From the IMG/VR virus record IMGVR_UViG_3300047550_006758, positions 1 to 50,378 of that record: 50,378 nt of DNA; one strand, 5' to 3'. Of the stretch, positions 1 to 9,397 are shown piece after piece; position 1 is the stretch's first letter, and each line of letters begins with the position of its first letter. The stretch comes from a virus (taxonomy: Duplodnaviria; Caudoviricetes). The notes beneath the pieces were generated by a model, which was not told the DNA's origin, did not search any database, and saw nothing but the letters and a program-made list of their open reading frames with translations. The position numbers were made by a program, and so were the translations under genes.

Positions 1-1
1 C

Positions 2-1645
2 TACGATCGGTTCTTATTGTACTTAATTTTATATGGGTGTGTATTTAGGAAAATCTACTACGATCCGATTACAGGTAAGCCATTGAGCCGGTTTATCATG
101 CCTGAGGATTTTTTATTTGATAATAACTGCTCAAGTATTACCGAATCAAATCGTCTAACTCATATTAGATACCTCTCTAAAAGAGAAATCCTTTTTAACA
201 TGCAAAGCGGGATATTTTCAAAAGTTGATCTTGATTACTTAGATAGCGTAGGTAGCAGCGACGGGGAAGAATCAACAGACGACTCTAAAGCAAAACAGGT
301 AGACCCAACAAATTCCCGTTTTCCTTTTTATGAGACGCACGAATATCTGGTTTTGAATGATTTTTTTGACAATAACAATGCATCTGAGGACTATAGTATA
401 CCATTACCTTATGTTATTACCAGATGCGGCAGCAGTAATCAGATCGTATCACTTACACCAAACTGGGATGAAAACGATCCAACTAAAACAAGGATTAACT
501 GCTTTATTCATTATAATTTATTCCCCGGGTTTGATGTTTTTGGACTGGGGCTTGCTCAAATACTTGGCTCTAATTCAAAGAGCTTAACTTCCATGCAGCA
601 AATGGCGATTGACGCAGCTATTTTCCAGAATTTCCCGGGAGGGATGAAGGCTAAGGGAATAAAAACTACTAATAATGATTTGAATATATTACCTGGTCAA
701 TTCGTAACTGTTGAAACAGGGAATTTGTCCTTGCGTGATTCAATCATGCCGCTTCCTTATAATGGACCTTCGCCAGCTTTGCTTGAATATATTAACCGGA
801 TAACTGCTCAGACACAGGAACTAGCGTCCGCAACAGAGATGGGACTTACTGAAAATAATCAGAATACGCCTGTCGGTACTACGATTGCCTTGCTTGAAGT
901 ATCCAATCGGATGCAATCGGCAATAATGAGAACAGTCCATAGTAGCTTTAGCACCGAGCTACAGCTCTTTTATAAAATGTTCAATCTTAGCACGCTACCT
1001 CTAGATAAAGAGAGTTTAAAGGTCATTCCCGTATCTGATCCTTCTGTTGAATCTTCTACGCAGAGAATAATCAAGGCAGAAAGTATTTTAAAGTTAGCTA
1101 GCAGTAGCCCTGAGCTACATAACATGCGAGAAGTATATTTAAAAGTATATCAAGCCCTAGGGATTAAGGACATTGATAAGATACTCCTTCCCGAACCAGC
1201 ACCGCAAGAACAGCAGGAACAACAACCTATAGACCCTGCTCTACAGGTACAGATTGCTGATATTGAGCAGCGAAAACTTGAAGTAGAGTCCAAAGAACGG
1301 CTAGCTCACTTAAATATTGAAGCTGACGGCTATAAGACGCAAATGAGTATCGAGCTCGATAAGGAAAAACTGGAACAAGAGAAGTATTTGGCTGAATTAA
1401 AAGTTAATGAACAACAACAACTTGCCGAGCAGAAATATCAAATTGAACTTTTAAAGCTCCAGTTAAACGAGAAGGAAAAAGTAATAGATACGTTAACCAA
1501 GGAACAGGAAATGAGTACTAAGAACGAGCTTGAATTACTAAAGCTGGAATACAAAGCAAAAGAAGCTGAGTTAAAGGCACAAGTAGAAGCTCTAAGATCA
1601 GAACTATCATCCACACCAGAAAAAGAGGAGGTCATTTATGGATAG
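2..1645 (+). CDS. Phage portal protein, 5'-truncated by the window edge
   Basis: Near-identical to the C-terminal part of the 766-aa ORF that follows terL (43018-45318); coiled-coil C-terminus. Confidence 0.85.
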   Translation, partial: YDRFLLYLILYGCVFRKIYYDPITGKPLSRFIMPEDFLFDNNCSSITESNRLTHIRYLSKREILFNMQSGIFSKVDLDYLDSVGSSDGEESTDDSKAKQVDPTNSRFPFYETHEYLVLNDFFDNNNASEDYSIPLPYVITRCGSSNQIVSLTPNWDENDPTKTRINCFIHYNLFPGFDVFGLGLAQILGSNSKSLTSMQQMAIDAAIFQNFPGGMKAKGIKTTNNDLNILPGQFVTVETGNLSLRDSIMPLPYNGPSPALLEYINRITAQTQELASATEMGLTENNQNTPVGTTIALLEVSNRMQSAIMRTVHSSFSTELQLFYKMFNLSTLPLDKESLKVIPVSDPSVESSTQRIIKAESILKLASSSPELHNMREVYLKVYQALGIKDIDKILLPEPAPQEQQEQQPIDPALQVQIADIEQRKLEVESKERLAHLNIEADGYKTQMSIELDKEKLEQEKYLAELKVNEQQQLAEQKYQIELLKLQLNEKEKVIDTLTKEQEMSTKNELELLKLEYKAKEAELKAQVEALRSELSSTPEKEEVIYG

Positions 1646-1811
1646 ACAAAAAAGAGAAATAGCTTTGCACAAAATGCAAGAGAGAGCAAGAGAAAAGGAA
1701 ACAAGCTGTAATAAGTATGCTGCCGGTGGAGCGGCTAAAATTAGAAAAGACGTAGCTACCAAGAGCGGAGCGGCAGTAAAACCTAGAAATATGGGAAGGA
1801 GCAGTAAATGA
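1638..1811 (+). CDS. Small basic 57-aa phage protein (MDRQKREIALHKMQ...YAAGGAAK...GRSSK), absent from the ORF track
   Basis: GAGGAGG RBS, overlaps portal stop, ATGA overlap with next gene, conserved at 45311-45484. Confidence 0.8.
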   Translation: MDRQKREIALHKMQERAREKETSCNKYAAGGAAKIRKDVATKSGAAVKPRNMGRSSK

Positions 1812-2032
1812 TTGGAATGAACCGAAATAACATTTATAGCCGAGGTTCTTTTACCTCCGGCTTTATAGGAAGTATTGAGTCTGAAATTGATAGATACAGG
1901 CGTATTTTATGTAATCCGGCATCAATTTCTACGCTAGAGGATTACAAATATCATGTGGGATTAATTGAGGGGCTTGAGAGTTCCCTTGAACTCTTTAACA
2001 GGCACATAATAGAGGTAAATAACAATGACTAA
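1808..2032 (+). CDS. Conserved small phage protein (EDYKYHVGLIEGL motif)
   Basis: Coupled to neighbours; conserved in copy B; typical position before phage GroES. Confidence 0.75.
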   Translation: MIGMNRNNIYSRGSFTSGFIGSIESEIDRYRRILCNPASISTLEDYKYHVGLIEGLESSLELFNRHIIEVNNND

Positions 2033-2453
2033 CTGTGAAATAACCAATTACAAACCGGAAGATTTTAAAACCAAAGGAATTGATCTCCAAAGCTTTAATA
2101 AGGAGGTAATGATTGAAAGATTTAAGGAAGTATCGGTTACCGGCATTAACGTCTTAATTCTTATTTACAAACCTCCTGTTGAAGAAGTTACAAGAGGCGG
2201 AGTTATTATTCCGCAAACGGCCGTAAAGGATGACCTGGAATATAACTCAATGGTCGGGATGGTATTAAAGCTGGGCCCCGATAGTTATAAGGGCGATCAG
2301 TTTCCAAGCGGCCCTTACGTCAAAGCCGGAGACTGGGTCATATTCCCGCGTGGTTCATCATTGCAGTCAAAATATGAGGGTGAACCGATAATTATGGTAG
2401 AGGATTTTAAAATCAAGCTGCTAGTCGATAATCCATCAAAAGTATCAAGGTAA
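2025..2453 (+). CDS. Phage-encoded GroES/Cpn10-like co-chaperonin
   Basis: TRGGVIIP mobile-loop motif, GMVLKLGP and VKAGDWVIF match the Cpn10 pattern. Confidence 0.88.
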   Translation: MTNCEITNYKPEDFKTKGIDLQSFNKEVMIERFKEVSVTGINVLILIYKPPVEEVTRGGVIIPQTAVKDDLEYNSMVGMVLKLGPDSYKGDQFPSGPYVKAGDWVIFPRGSSLQSKYEGEPIIMVEDFKIKLLVDNPSKVSR

Positions 2454-2457
2454 GAAT

Positions 2458-3444
2458 ATGTTTAAAATAGATATTGAAAATACAAGCGACTTAAACGCTG
2501 CTATTCCACCTTTAAAAGAAGTAGCCGAAAATAAAGATTCAAAGAATGAAGCTAGCGAGGCAGAAGTAGAAACTAAAGACTTAGGGCAAGATACTCAAGG
2601 TGTAGATAGTAGCGATGATAAAAGCGATATTTCCGCAGATGTTTCCGAAAAAGAAGAAAAGCCTACTAAAACCTCTGCTCCTGACAAAGACAAGGAAAAA
2701 TACTGGTCTAAATTAAAAAAAGAACGTGAAGAAAAGGTAAAGCTTGCTGAGCAATTAGAGCAGTTACAGCAAGAAAAACTACAAATGGAACAAATGCTCA
2801 GCCAAGCTATTAATACCGGTTCTACCCATTATAAGAACAATGTTGCCAGCGAACTTGAAATGGCTCAGGCACGGCTTCAATTAGCACTGGAAAACGGGGA
2901 TGCTGCTGGAGTTAGCAGAGCTACTGCGGATATTTCAAAGGCGACTCATGCCTTGAATGAGGCATCTAGAATCGCCAGTTTTCCTAAAGAAGAATACTCA
3001 CAAGAGCATCTAAATCAGATTAGGGCAAGGGAATATGAAGATAGGTTATATAGCTGGCTTGAAAGTAATCCTGAAGTAGATAGAAACGCCCCTGAGTATG
3101 ATGAGAAGCTAGCGACCTCAGTATTATCCTTTATTACTAAACTGGATCGTAAATACCAAAGTGGAGGAAAAGAACATCTAATAGGCTCTGGTAGTTATTA
3201 CGGCATGATTGATGATTATATTGATAATTTAAAAATGCAGGATACTTCCTCAGCCATGATTCCTGCTAAACATTTTGGAGCAGTTCGCAGTCGCGCTCCA
3301 CGAGAATCAATACCTGATCCAAAAACAAGGGAATTAAGCGATAGAGAGAAAAAGGCAGCTCTTGCTTTTGGTATGTCTTACGAGAGGTACCGGGAGCTTC
3401 TAGATCAACGTAACAAAGAAATGAGGTCAAAAAATGGCAATTAA
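2458..3444 (+). CDS. Putative capsid scaffolding protein
   Basis: Acidic disordered N-terminus, coiled coil, C-terminal LSDREKKAALAFGMSYERY helix pair; lies between portal and capsid. Confidence 0.65.
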   Translation: MFKIDIENTSDLNAAIPPLKEVAENKDSKNEASEAEVETKDLGQDTQGVDSSDDKSDISADVSEKEEKPTKTSAPDKDKEKYWSKLKKEREEKVKLAEQLEQLQQEKLQMEQMLSQAINTGSTHYKNNVASELEMAQARLQLALENGDAAGVSRATADISKATHALNEASRIASFPKEEYSQEHLNQIRAREYEDRLYSWLESNPEVDRNAPEYDEKLATSVLSFITKLDRKYQSGGKEHLIGSGSYYGMIDDYIDNLKMQDTSSAMIPAKHFGAVRSRAPRESIPDPKTRELSDREKKAALAFGMSYERYRELLDQRNKEMRSKNGN

Positions 3445-3889
3445 ATATAAACAAGACAAAAATAATGAATTTCTATCTATTAATAGAGATATCAGGGAGC
3501 ATGAACTTGAAGGAAGTGATTTTGATTTGATGCTCACCGATTCAACCTGTCCTTTTAAAGCTTTAATCGATGAAATAATGCAACCGGGCGAGGAATATTA
3601 TTTTGCTTATAATAATCCTGAGCGCATTAACAGGTTACTGGCAAAAAAGTGGTATGTCGTATCTCCTGATAGGCTTAAAAACAAACGTACTTATAGAGGA
3701 GACTTAAGATCGGAAAATGATTGTATTACTACCGGTGATACTATTGTTTTAGCACGTGATGAACGCTACGGGCTAAAAGAGCAGCAATATTATGAACAAA
3801 AAGCCGTAAGAGTAATGCGAGATACTTTGCAAAAAGTACAGACCGATATTTACAATCCGGTCATGCCGTTTTCTGATAGAGCAATGTAG
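3434..3889 (+). CDS. Conserved phage head-module protein
   Basis: Overlaps scaffold stop; conserved in copy B. Confidence 0.7.
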   Translation: MAIKYKQDKNNEFLSINRDIREHELEGSDFDLMLTDSTCPFKALIDEIMQPGEEYYFAYNNPERINRLLAKKWYVVSPDRLKNKRTYRGDLRSENDCITTGDTIVLARDERYGLKEQQYYEQKAVRVMRDTLQKVQTDIYNPVMPFSDRAM

Positions 3890-3898
3890 AAGAATATC

Positions 3899-4990
3899 AT
3901 GTCATATTCTAAAATCATACTAGATAGCGATATTAAACTATCCTGGCCTTATCCCCGCACTGAAGGGGAGATTGCTAGTGACATTAATAATGTTATCTCT
4001 GAGAGTGATACCTATACTATTACTCTCCCACCTGCAAATACTGTAGAAACCGGTACTAGCTTGTTGTTTAATAATGTCGGGAGCTGTGATTTTACTTTGT
4101 TAGATAATGCAGGTAACCCGATTGGAACTGTACTAGTTCCTGGGGAAGTTAGGCAGATATATTTAACCGAGAATTTAACCGTTGCAGGAAGTTGGAATGT
4201 AATACCTTTTGGTGGGGGAACAAGTGGAATTATTACGTTTTCAGCGGAATCGGATAATAATTCATTAAATATTACAAATTCAACTGTTACTCCTCCGACC
4301 GGTAACATTATTTTTAAAATTGCCGATTCGTTGAATAATTTAAATAACCTGGCTACTCAGGTACAGAATGGGTTTTTAGTAATAACCGGTAATACTCCAT
4401 TAAGTTTTGTAACTCGAAAGATAGGAGGCGGCACCAATATAAATGTACAAAGCGGTGATGGGGAAACAAATGATGTAATTATTAATTTAGCCGATTCTCT
4501 AGTAGGATTATCCAGTATTAATGTAGGTAATCTCTTAATCTCGGTAAATACGATTACCACGGCAAGCGGGAGTGAGGATATTAACCTCGCTACTGTAGAT
4601 GATGGAGTAATCAATTTAAACAGTACTCAAATTGATAATATCGGTAATATGACAATACCGGGGAAGATTATAAATCCTGCTACTGCTAAGGCTTATTGTT
4701 TCTTTTACGATAATAATGCCCCGACTAATAATATCCAGATAGAGAGCAGCTTTAATATAGCCTCGGTTAGCGGAGCGCAAGGGTCATATGTTATAACGTT
4801 TGCTACTCCTTTTCCTGATGGTAATTATTTAGTATTACCGGCATTAGCACGCGGAACGGAGGTCATAGCGCCGTTTCAGGTGTTCTTTAGGTCTAGATCT
4901 GCTACTGAATTTATTATTTTTACAACCGACACACTCGGTAATTTGCTTCCCGTACTTGATGGCGTATCCGTAGTGGTATTTGGTAATTAA
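3899..4990 (+). CDS. Beta-rich virion structural / fibre-like protein
   Basis: N/T/G/I-rich; C-terminal AKAYCFF...SFNIASVS...GSYVITFATPF resembles fibre-tip domains. Confidence 0.6.
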   Translation: MSYSKIILDSDIKLSWPYPRTEGEIASDINNVISESDTYTITLPPANTVETGTSLLFNNVGSCDFTLLDNAGNPIGTVLVPGEVRQIYLTENLTVAGSWNVIPFGGGTSGIITFSAESDNNSLNITNSTVTPPTGNIIFKIADSLNNLNNLATQVQNGFLVITGNTPLSFVTRKIGGGTNINVQSGDGETNDVIINLADSLVGLSSINVGNLLISVNTITTASGSEDINLATVDDGVINLNSTQIDNIGNMTIPGKIINPATAKAYCFFYDNNAPTNNIQIESSFNIASVSGAQGSYVITFATPFPDGNYLVLPALARGTEVIAPFQVFFRSRSATEFIIFTTDTLGNLLPVLDGVSVVVFGN

Positions 4991-5034
4991 AGGCTTGAAG
5001 ATATATAAGCTAAATCTAAAAATAGTAGCACGAT

Positions 5035-5064
5035 TTGCAAAAGTAACAGTATTTTTGCTATAAT
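5035..5064 (+). promoter_or_regulatory. Sigma70-type promoter for the capsid operon
   Basis: TTGCAA-N18-TATAAT with extended -10 (TGC TATAAT); both boxes conserved at 49112-49141 while the spacer differs. Confidence 0.75.
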
Positions 5065-5079
5065 ACAATTAGGTAAAAA

Positions 5080-5282
5080 AAGTCATAACCGGGCTTAAAA
5101 AGGTTTCCGTCATTGCTAGACGTTAAAAGGCGTAGTTTGTAGCTAAATCTTTTTCTAAAAAAGCTACCTCTGTCATCGCAAGACACAAAAAGGCTAGTTT
5201 TGAAACTTATCTATAACAAAGTTTATCGTCATAACTAGACGTTAAAAGGTCTCCTGAGCTTGAATTAGCTTATCTTTTTTTA
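5080..5282 (+). ncRNA. Putative structured leader RNA: four NGTC-7nt-G(A/G)CN-xxAAAAGG hairpin units interleaved with three further stem-loops
   Basis: Units at 5080, 5108, 5171 and 5227 with covarying closing pairs; conserved at 49159-49362. Confidence 0.6.
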
Positions 5283-5331
5283 AATTTAAAATATTTACGT
5301 TTTTTAATAATTAACAATATATGAGGAAATT

Positions 5332-6117
5332 ATGTCTAACGGCATTAATAGACCTTATGGTTTGGAAGTAGTTCAGTCTCAAATAGGAAACGGCGGAACA
5401 CAAAAACTAGGTCAATATTTTATTTACGCATCCGCTGACGGCTTAACTACGCAGCCAAACAGTATTTTTCAGGGTGATCCAGTTAAATTTGTAAGTGCCC
5501 CAGGCCTTGCTGTCATGGCAGGAACAATCGCACCACAAAAGTTATCAGCTCCAACAAACGGAACACAGGTACAAGCTGTTGCAACGGCAGATGCAGACGC
5601 TTTCCTTGGGGTGTTTATAAGCTGTGCTTATACTGATGCGAGTACCGGTATACTTGTAGAGTCTGATTACTGGCCAGGCGGTAGAGCGGTAAAAGCCGGC
5701 ACACCTATTATTGCATATGTTAATGATGATCCAATGGCAGTATTTAGAGTTCAAGTATCAAGTTCTCTTGCAGCTGCAACAGGAATTACTTTTTTAGCAA
5801 CCGGGCTTGGTCTTAATGCCAATTTATCAGTGGCAGGAATAACCTTCACGGATGCTACTGCTATCGCAGGTGGTCAAAACCCACGTACTGGTAGCAACGT
5901 ATATGGTTCTGTTTACTATCTCGACGGTTCAACTTACTCAGCTACTACAGCTACCTTAGACGTAAAAATTATTGGAATTGATCCGGTAATTACCGGCAGT
6001 AGCAATCCTACAGGATTAGTACCGGGAGTAAATATGCCGTTTACTAACCTACTAGTTAAGTTTAACAAGCACATGTATGGCTCAAGCGGCGTAGCAGGTC
6101 CAACAGCCGGAGCATAG
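5332..6117 (+). CDS. Putative capsid decoration / minor capsid protein
   Basis: GAGG RBS; A/G/T-rich; N-terminal xxPYGL motif; directly upstream of major capsid gene. Confidence 0.65.
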   Translation: MSNGINRPYGLEVVQSQIGNGGTQKLGQYFIYASADGLTTQPNSIFQGDPVKFVSAPGLAVMAGTIAPQKLSAPTNGTQVQAVATADADAFLGVFISCAYTDASTGILVESDYWPGGRAVKAGTPIIAYVNDDPMAVFRVQVSSSLAAATGITFLATGLGLNANLSVAGITFTDATAIAGGQNPRTGSNVYGSVYYLDGSTYSATTATLDVKIIGIDPVITGSSNPTGLVPGVNMPFTNLLVKFNKHMYGSSGVAGPTAGA

Positions 6118-6129
6118 GAGTATAAGGTT

Positions 6130-6255
6130 ATGTCCATAATAACAAGCGGTAATATGCCGTCTCTTTTAAAGGAAGGGTTATATCTACCGAAAGAGAAGAA
6201 GAAAACACCTGTTAAGGCAGGATCAATAAAGAAAACTAAAAATAAAGGTAATTAA
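6130..6255 (+). CDS. 41-aa peptide paralogous to the major capsid N-terminus, with Lys-rich tail
   Basis: MSIITSGNMPSLLKEGLYLPKEKKKTPVKAGSIKKTKNKGN; AGGAG/AAGG upstream; start conserved at 50240. Confidence 0.7.
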   Translation: MSIITSGNMPSLLKEGLYLPKEKKKTPVKAGSIKKTKNKGN

Positions 6256-6257
6256 TT

Positions 6258-7187
6258 ATGTCTATTATAACAACCGGTGATATTCCAAGTCTGCTTTGGC
6301 CGGGTCTTTATGAGGTAAAATCTCAGTATGATCGGTTTAAAGGGGAATATACCAAAATCTATGAACAGGCTAATTCTGTCAAACATACTGAGAGGATGGT
6401 TGATATTAGAGGCACTGGCTATGCACTTGAGAAAACCCAAGGCGCTCCTATTAAAATGGATAGCATGGCTGAGAGGTTTATTTATGAATTTGTCCACCGG
6501 GAATTTGCCCTCGGTTTTCAGATTACCAATATTGCCATGGAAGATGATCTTTATGCCGATCAGTTCTTTAATGGGACTAAATCGCTTACTACTTCCTATG
6601 AACAAACCAGAGAAGTAGTAGCAATGAATCCTTTTAACCAGGCGTTTAACGTAGCAGCAACGCAAAGTAACGGACAACCTCTCTGCTCCGGTTCTCAGCC
6701 TTATGACGGCGGTGTTTATTCTAACCGCGTCGGGGCATATAACGGCGTTAATGTTAATGTCGACTTTAGTGAAGCAGGCGTTGAACAGGCAGTAATACTA
6801 GCGGGTAAAATGAAAGATCAAGCAGGATTGCTAATTAATGCTCAAATTGAGAGATTGTTACTGCCGCAAGACTTAATGTTCTCAGGTTGCAGGTTACTTG
6901 AATCTGTATTTAGAACAGGAACGGCTAATAACGATATAAACGCACTTTATAACATGAAAGCTATTCCGCAAGGTTATGAAGTAAGCCATTTCTTAACAAG
7001 TCCTAGCAACTGGTTTGGATTAACTAACGTCAAGGGAACTCGTAAGCATTTCGTAAGACGACCTCTTAAAGTTAACGTAACAACTGATCCTGTAACTGAA
7101 ACCATGTCAGTACTTGCATCCGGTCGTTATTCTTTTGGTATGTTTACGCCTCGTGGTGTAATTGGCGCAACGGGATCAACAGCTTAA
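6258..7187 (+). CDS. Major capsid protein (Mu gpT-like, HK97 fold)
   Basis: SLLWPGL N-arm, HREFALGFQIT, LLLPQDL, GTANNDINA, HFLTSPSNWF and RYSFG motifs; 309 aa. Confidence 0.88.
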   Translation: MSIITTGDIPSLLWPGLYEVKSQYDRFKGEYTKIYEQANSVKHTERMVDIRGTGYALEKTQGAPIKMDSMAERFIYEFVHREFALGFQITNIAMEDDLYADQFFNGTKSLTTSYEQTREVVAMNPFNQAFNVAATQSNGQPLCSGSQPYDGGVYSNRVGAYNGVNVNVDFSEAGVEQAVILAGKMKDQAGLLINAQIERLLLPQDLMFSGCRLLESVFRTGTANNDINALYNMKAIPQGYEVSHFLTSPSNWFGLTNVKGTRKHFVRRPLKVNVTTDPVTETMSVLASGRYSFGMFTPRGVIGATGSTA

Positions 7188-7221
7188 AGATTAATTAAGA
7201 AAATTAAAATCAGGAAAAATT

Positions 7222-7890
7222 ATGTCTCAATTTTATGAATATAATTGGCCGGCTGCCATAGCAAACGGAATATCGCTTTTTCAAACACTAACTGCAAATA
7301 TTCCGCTGCTGTTAAACGGTTCTTATGTTAACAAAACTACAAAAGCAGTTAACTTTGTTGGTGATTTTGGTATTGTTCCAAGAATTACGCTTAATTCAGC
7401 TGCCAATCTTTCTGGGATTAATTTTCTTATTACGGGTTATCAGAATGGGGTTTTTATTAGTGAAACCTTAACCGGGCCAAATGCAAATACAGTTACAAGC
7501 GTCAACTGCTTTGATACTCTAACGCAGATAATTCCAACTGGCACTACAGGCTCTACCGTTCAAGTCGGCGTTGCTTCTGTTGGATATTTCCCAATGATTC
7601 TATTAAATACTGCCTTAATTAATACTTCTTCTATAAACTATGCCTTAAATATCGTAGCAGCACCGGCTAATCCTGCTACTTATCAGGTATTTTTATCGCT
7701 AAAGAATAATTTAGGTCTAGGGAAATACGATGATTTAACGTCAGCCGCTAACGGTAATTTTGCAGCTCCGGCCGCTGCTGCTACGGCATCTGCATTACTA
7801 CAGTATAATTCTTTAGCTGCCAACTTACTCATTAAAATTGGCCCTAATAATAATGGCTCGGTTCTTAAAGTTCAATTCCTGCAATTGTAA
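7222..7890 (+). CDS. Putative virion structural protein
   Basis: Beta-rich, follows the capsid gene; ITGYQNG..ISETLTGPNA motif. Confidence 0.6.
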   Translation: MSQFYEYNWPAAIANGISLFQTLTANIPLLLNGSYVNKTTKAVNFVGDFGIVPRITLNSAANLSGINFLITGYQNGVFISETLTGPNANTVTSVNCFDTLTQIIPTGTTGSTVQVGVASVGYFPMILLNTALINTSSINYALNIVAAPANPATYQVFLSLKNNLGLGKYDDLTSAANGNFAAPAAAATASALLQYNSLAANLLIKIGPNNNGSVLKVQFLQL

Positions 7891-7907
7891 GTAAAGAGGG
7901 AAGTAAA

Positions 7908-8960
7908 ATGCCGGCAACTAGCGGAAGTTATAGCTTTAGTAACATAAAAGGAGAGCTGATTATCAGAAAGGCTTACGAGTTAATCGGCATGCCTCTGAGC
8001 ATGGTAACTGCCGAGCAATATAATTCAGCACTTAATATTATCAATTTTATTTTAAGCGATTGGGCTAACTCCAATGTTAACTTATGGACATTAAAACTCG
8101 AGTCCGTGTTTTTAACTCCGGGGCAAGCATCCTACCCTTTGCCGAGCAATATTACTAAAATATTTCAAGTATTCTTGCGAGGCAACGTAAGACAGAATTT
8201 TGGTGGCACTCCTAGTAACGATGGTTATGGAGGAATTGCTGCTTATGCATTTGATGGTAACCCCTTGACAAGATGCACACAAACCCAGCAGAATGGTAGT
8301 ATTTCTTATGATTATGGAGAAGGGGTAACAAAGCAAATCAGCATTATTGGCATTCAAAGTTATGTTTCTAATCGTCCATATAGCTTGGTTTTAGAAGCCT
8401 CACAAGATACGATAAATTGGTTTACTGTTTTTACTTGCCCTACCCTTTATCCATACAAAGCGCACGTAATTTCATGGTTTTATGTATCTGATCCAATTTA
8501 CGCAAGGGCATATAGAATTAGAGAAACAGGAGGGTATACACTCGACATTGAAGAACTTTATTTTAATAGTATAAGCCAGGATACTACCATGAGCGAGGTA
8601 TCCAGATATGAATATCTCACCTATCCAAATAAATCGCAAATCGGCAGGCCTACCATTTACTATGTTGATTACCAGCGAACTCCCTCTCTGTATATATGGC
8701 AGACTGCTGCTCCAATGTATAATTTAATAATGTATAGCGGTCAAAGCAGTATAGAAACGTTAGAGAATTATACGCAAGGAATTGATATTCCGGCATATTT
8801 TTATACTCCTCTAATATATGGGTTAGCCAGCATGCTGGCAGCACAATATGCCCCTGAAAAAGAAGAAGGTTTAAAAATGAGATATCAGGAAACGTTGAGT
8901 CCGGCAGTAATTAATAATACGACAGAAGTACCTCTTAAACTGGAGGTATATGGCAACTAG
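7908..8960 (+). CDS. Putative head-tail adaptor with an inserted beta-sandwich domain
   Basis: ATSGSYSF start, ILSDWAN..VNLW, YLTYPNK..GRPT.YY, LIYGLA..LA motifs. Confidence 0.6.
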   Translation: MPATSGSYSFSNIKGELIIRKAYELIGMPLSMVTAEQYNSALNIINFILSDWANSNVNLWTLKLESVFLTPGQASYPLPSNITKIFQVFLRGNVRQNFGGTPSNDGYGGIAAYAFDGNPLTRCTQTQQNGSISYDYGEGVTKQISIIGIQSYVSNRPYSLVLEASQDTINWFTVFTCPTLYPYKAHVISWFYVSDPIYARAYRIRETGGYTLDIEELYFNSISQDTTMSEVSRYEYLTYPNKSQIGRPTIYYVDYQRTPSLYIWQTAAPMYNLIMYSGQSSIETLENYTQGIDIPAYFYTPLIYGLASMLAAQYAPEKEEGLKMRYQETLSPAVINNTTEVPLKLEVYGN

Positions 8961-9393
8961 TTTAAAGAACACTCCTGTAAATACGCAAATGGGAGATTAC
9001 GTTAGAAAGGACGTAATTGAACCTATTGGAACTTGCGATTATTCAGGGTTTCCTTTTAGCAGGTCTGATCTGGTTAAGCAATATGAATGGCGCGGTAATC
9101 AGTTAGTCTGGACGGGAGCAATAGTCGGGCGTCCTTTTGTTGATGAGCCAAACGAGCAGAATCGGCCACCGCAAATAAAAGGAGATCCGAAAGCCCTGCA
9201 GAATCCTCGCCCATTTGGAATAGAGACGCCTCAAGGCCCTGAGGCAATCGGTAATAGTTCGCCTGTTATTTTAGGAAATATCAACTTTACAAGTGATGAT
9301 ATACCTCCTGTTTTACCTGATTTTGCCGGTCAGAGTGTTAGTAATATGGACGAGAGAGAGCGTTTAGAATCATTGCATCAAATTAAGTTCTAA
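8950..9393 (+). CDS. Conserved phage protein (CDYSGF...KQYEWRG)
   Basis: Overlaps upstream stop; in structural operon. Confidence 0.65.
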   Translation: MATSLKNTPVNTQMGDYVRKDVIEPIGTCDYSGFPFSRSDLVKQYEWRGNQLVWTGAIVGRPFVDEPNEQNRPPQIKGDPKALQNPRPFGIETPQGPEAIGNSSPVILGNINFTSDDIPPVLPDFAGQSVSNMDERERLESLHQIKF

Positions 9394-9397
9394 AGTA

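Larger units (their letters stand above)
1..6142 (+). repeat. Copy A of a long diverged direct repeat (portal to capsid-operon start)
   Basis: Colinear with 43677-50252, with scattered substitutions and indels. Confidence 0.97.

Noticed and set aside
5080-5282. Mini CRISPR array
   Set aside because: Repeats are degenerate, periods irregular (27, 63, 56 nt), spacers self-complementary and conserved between copies; no cas genes
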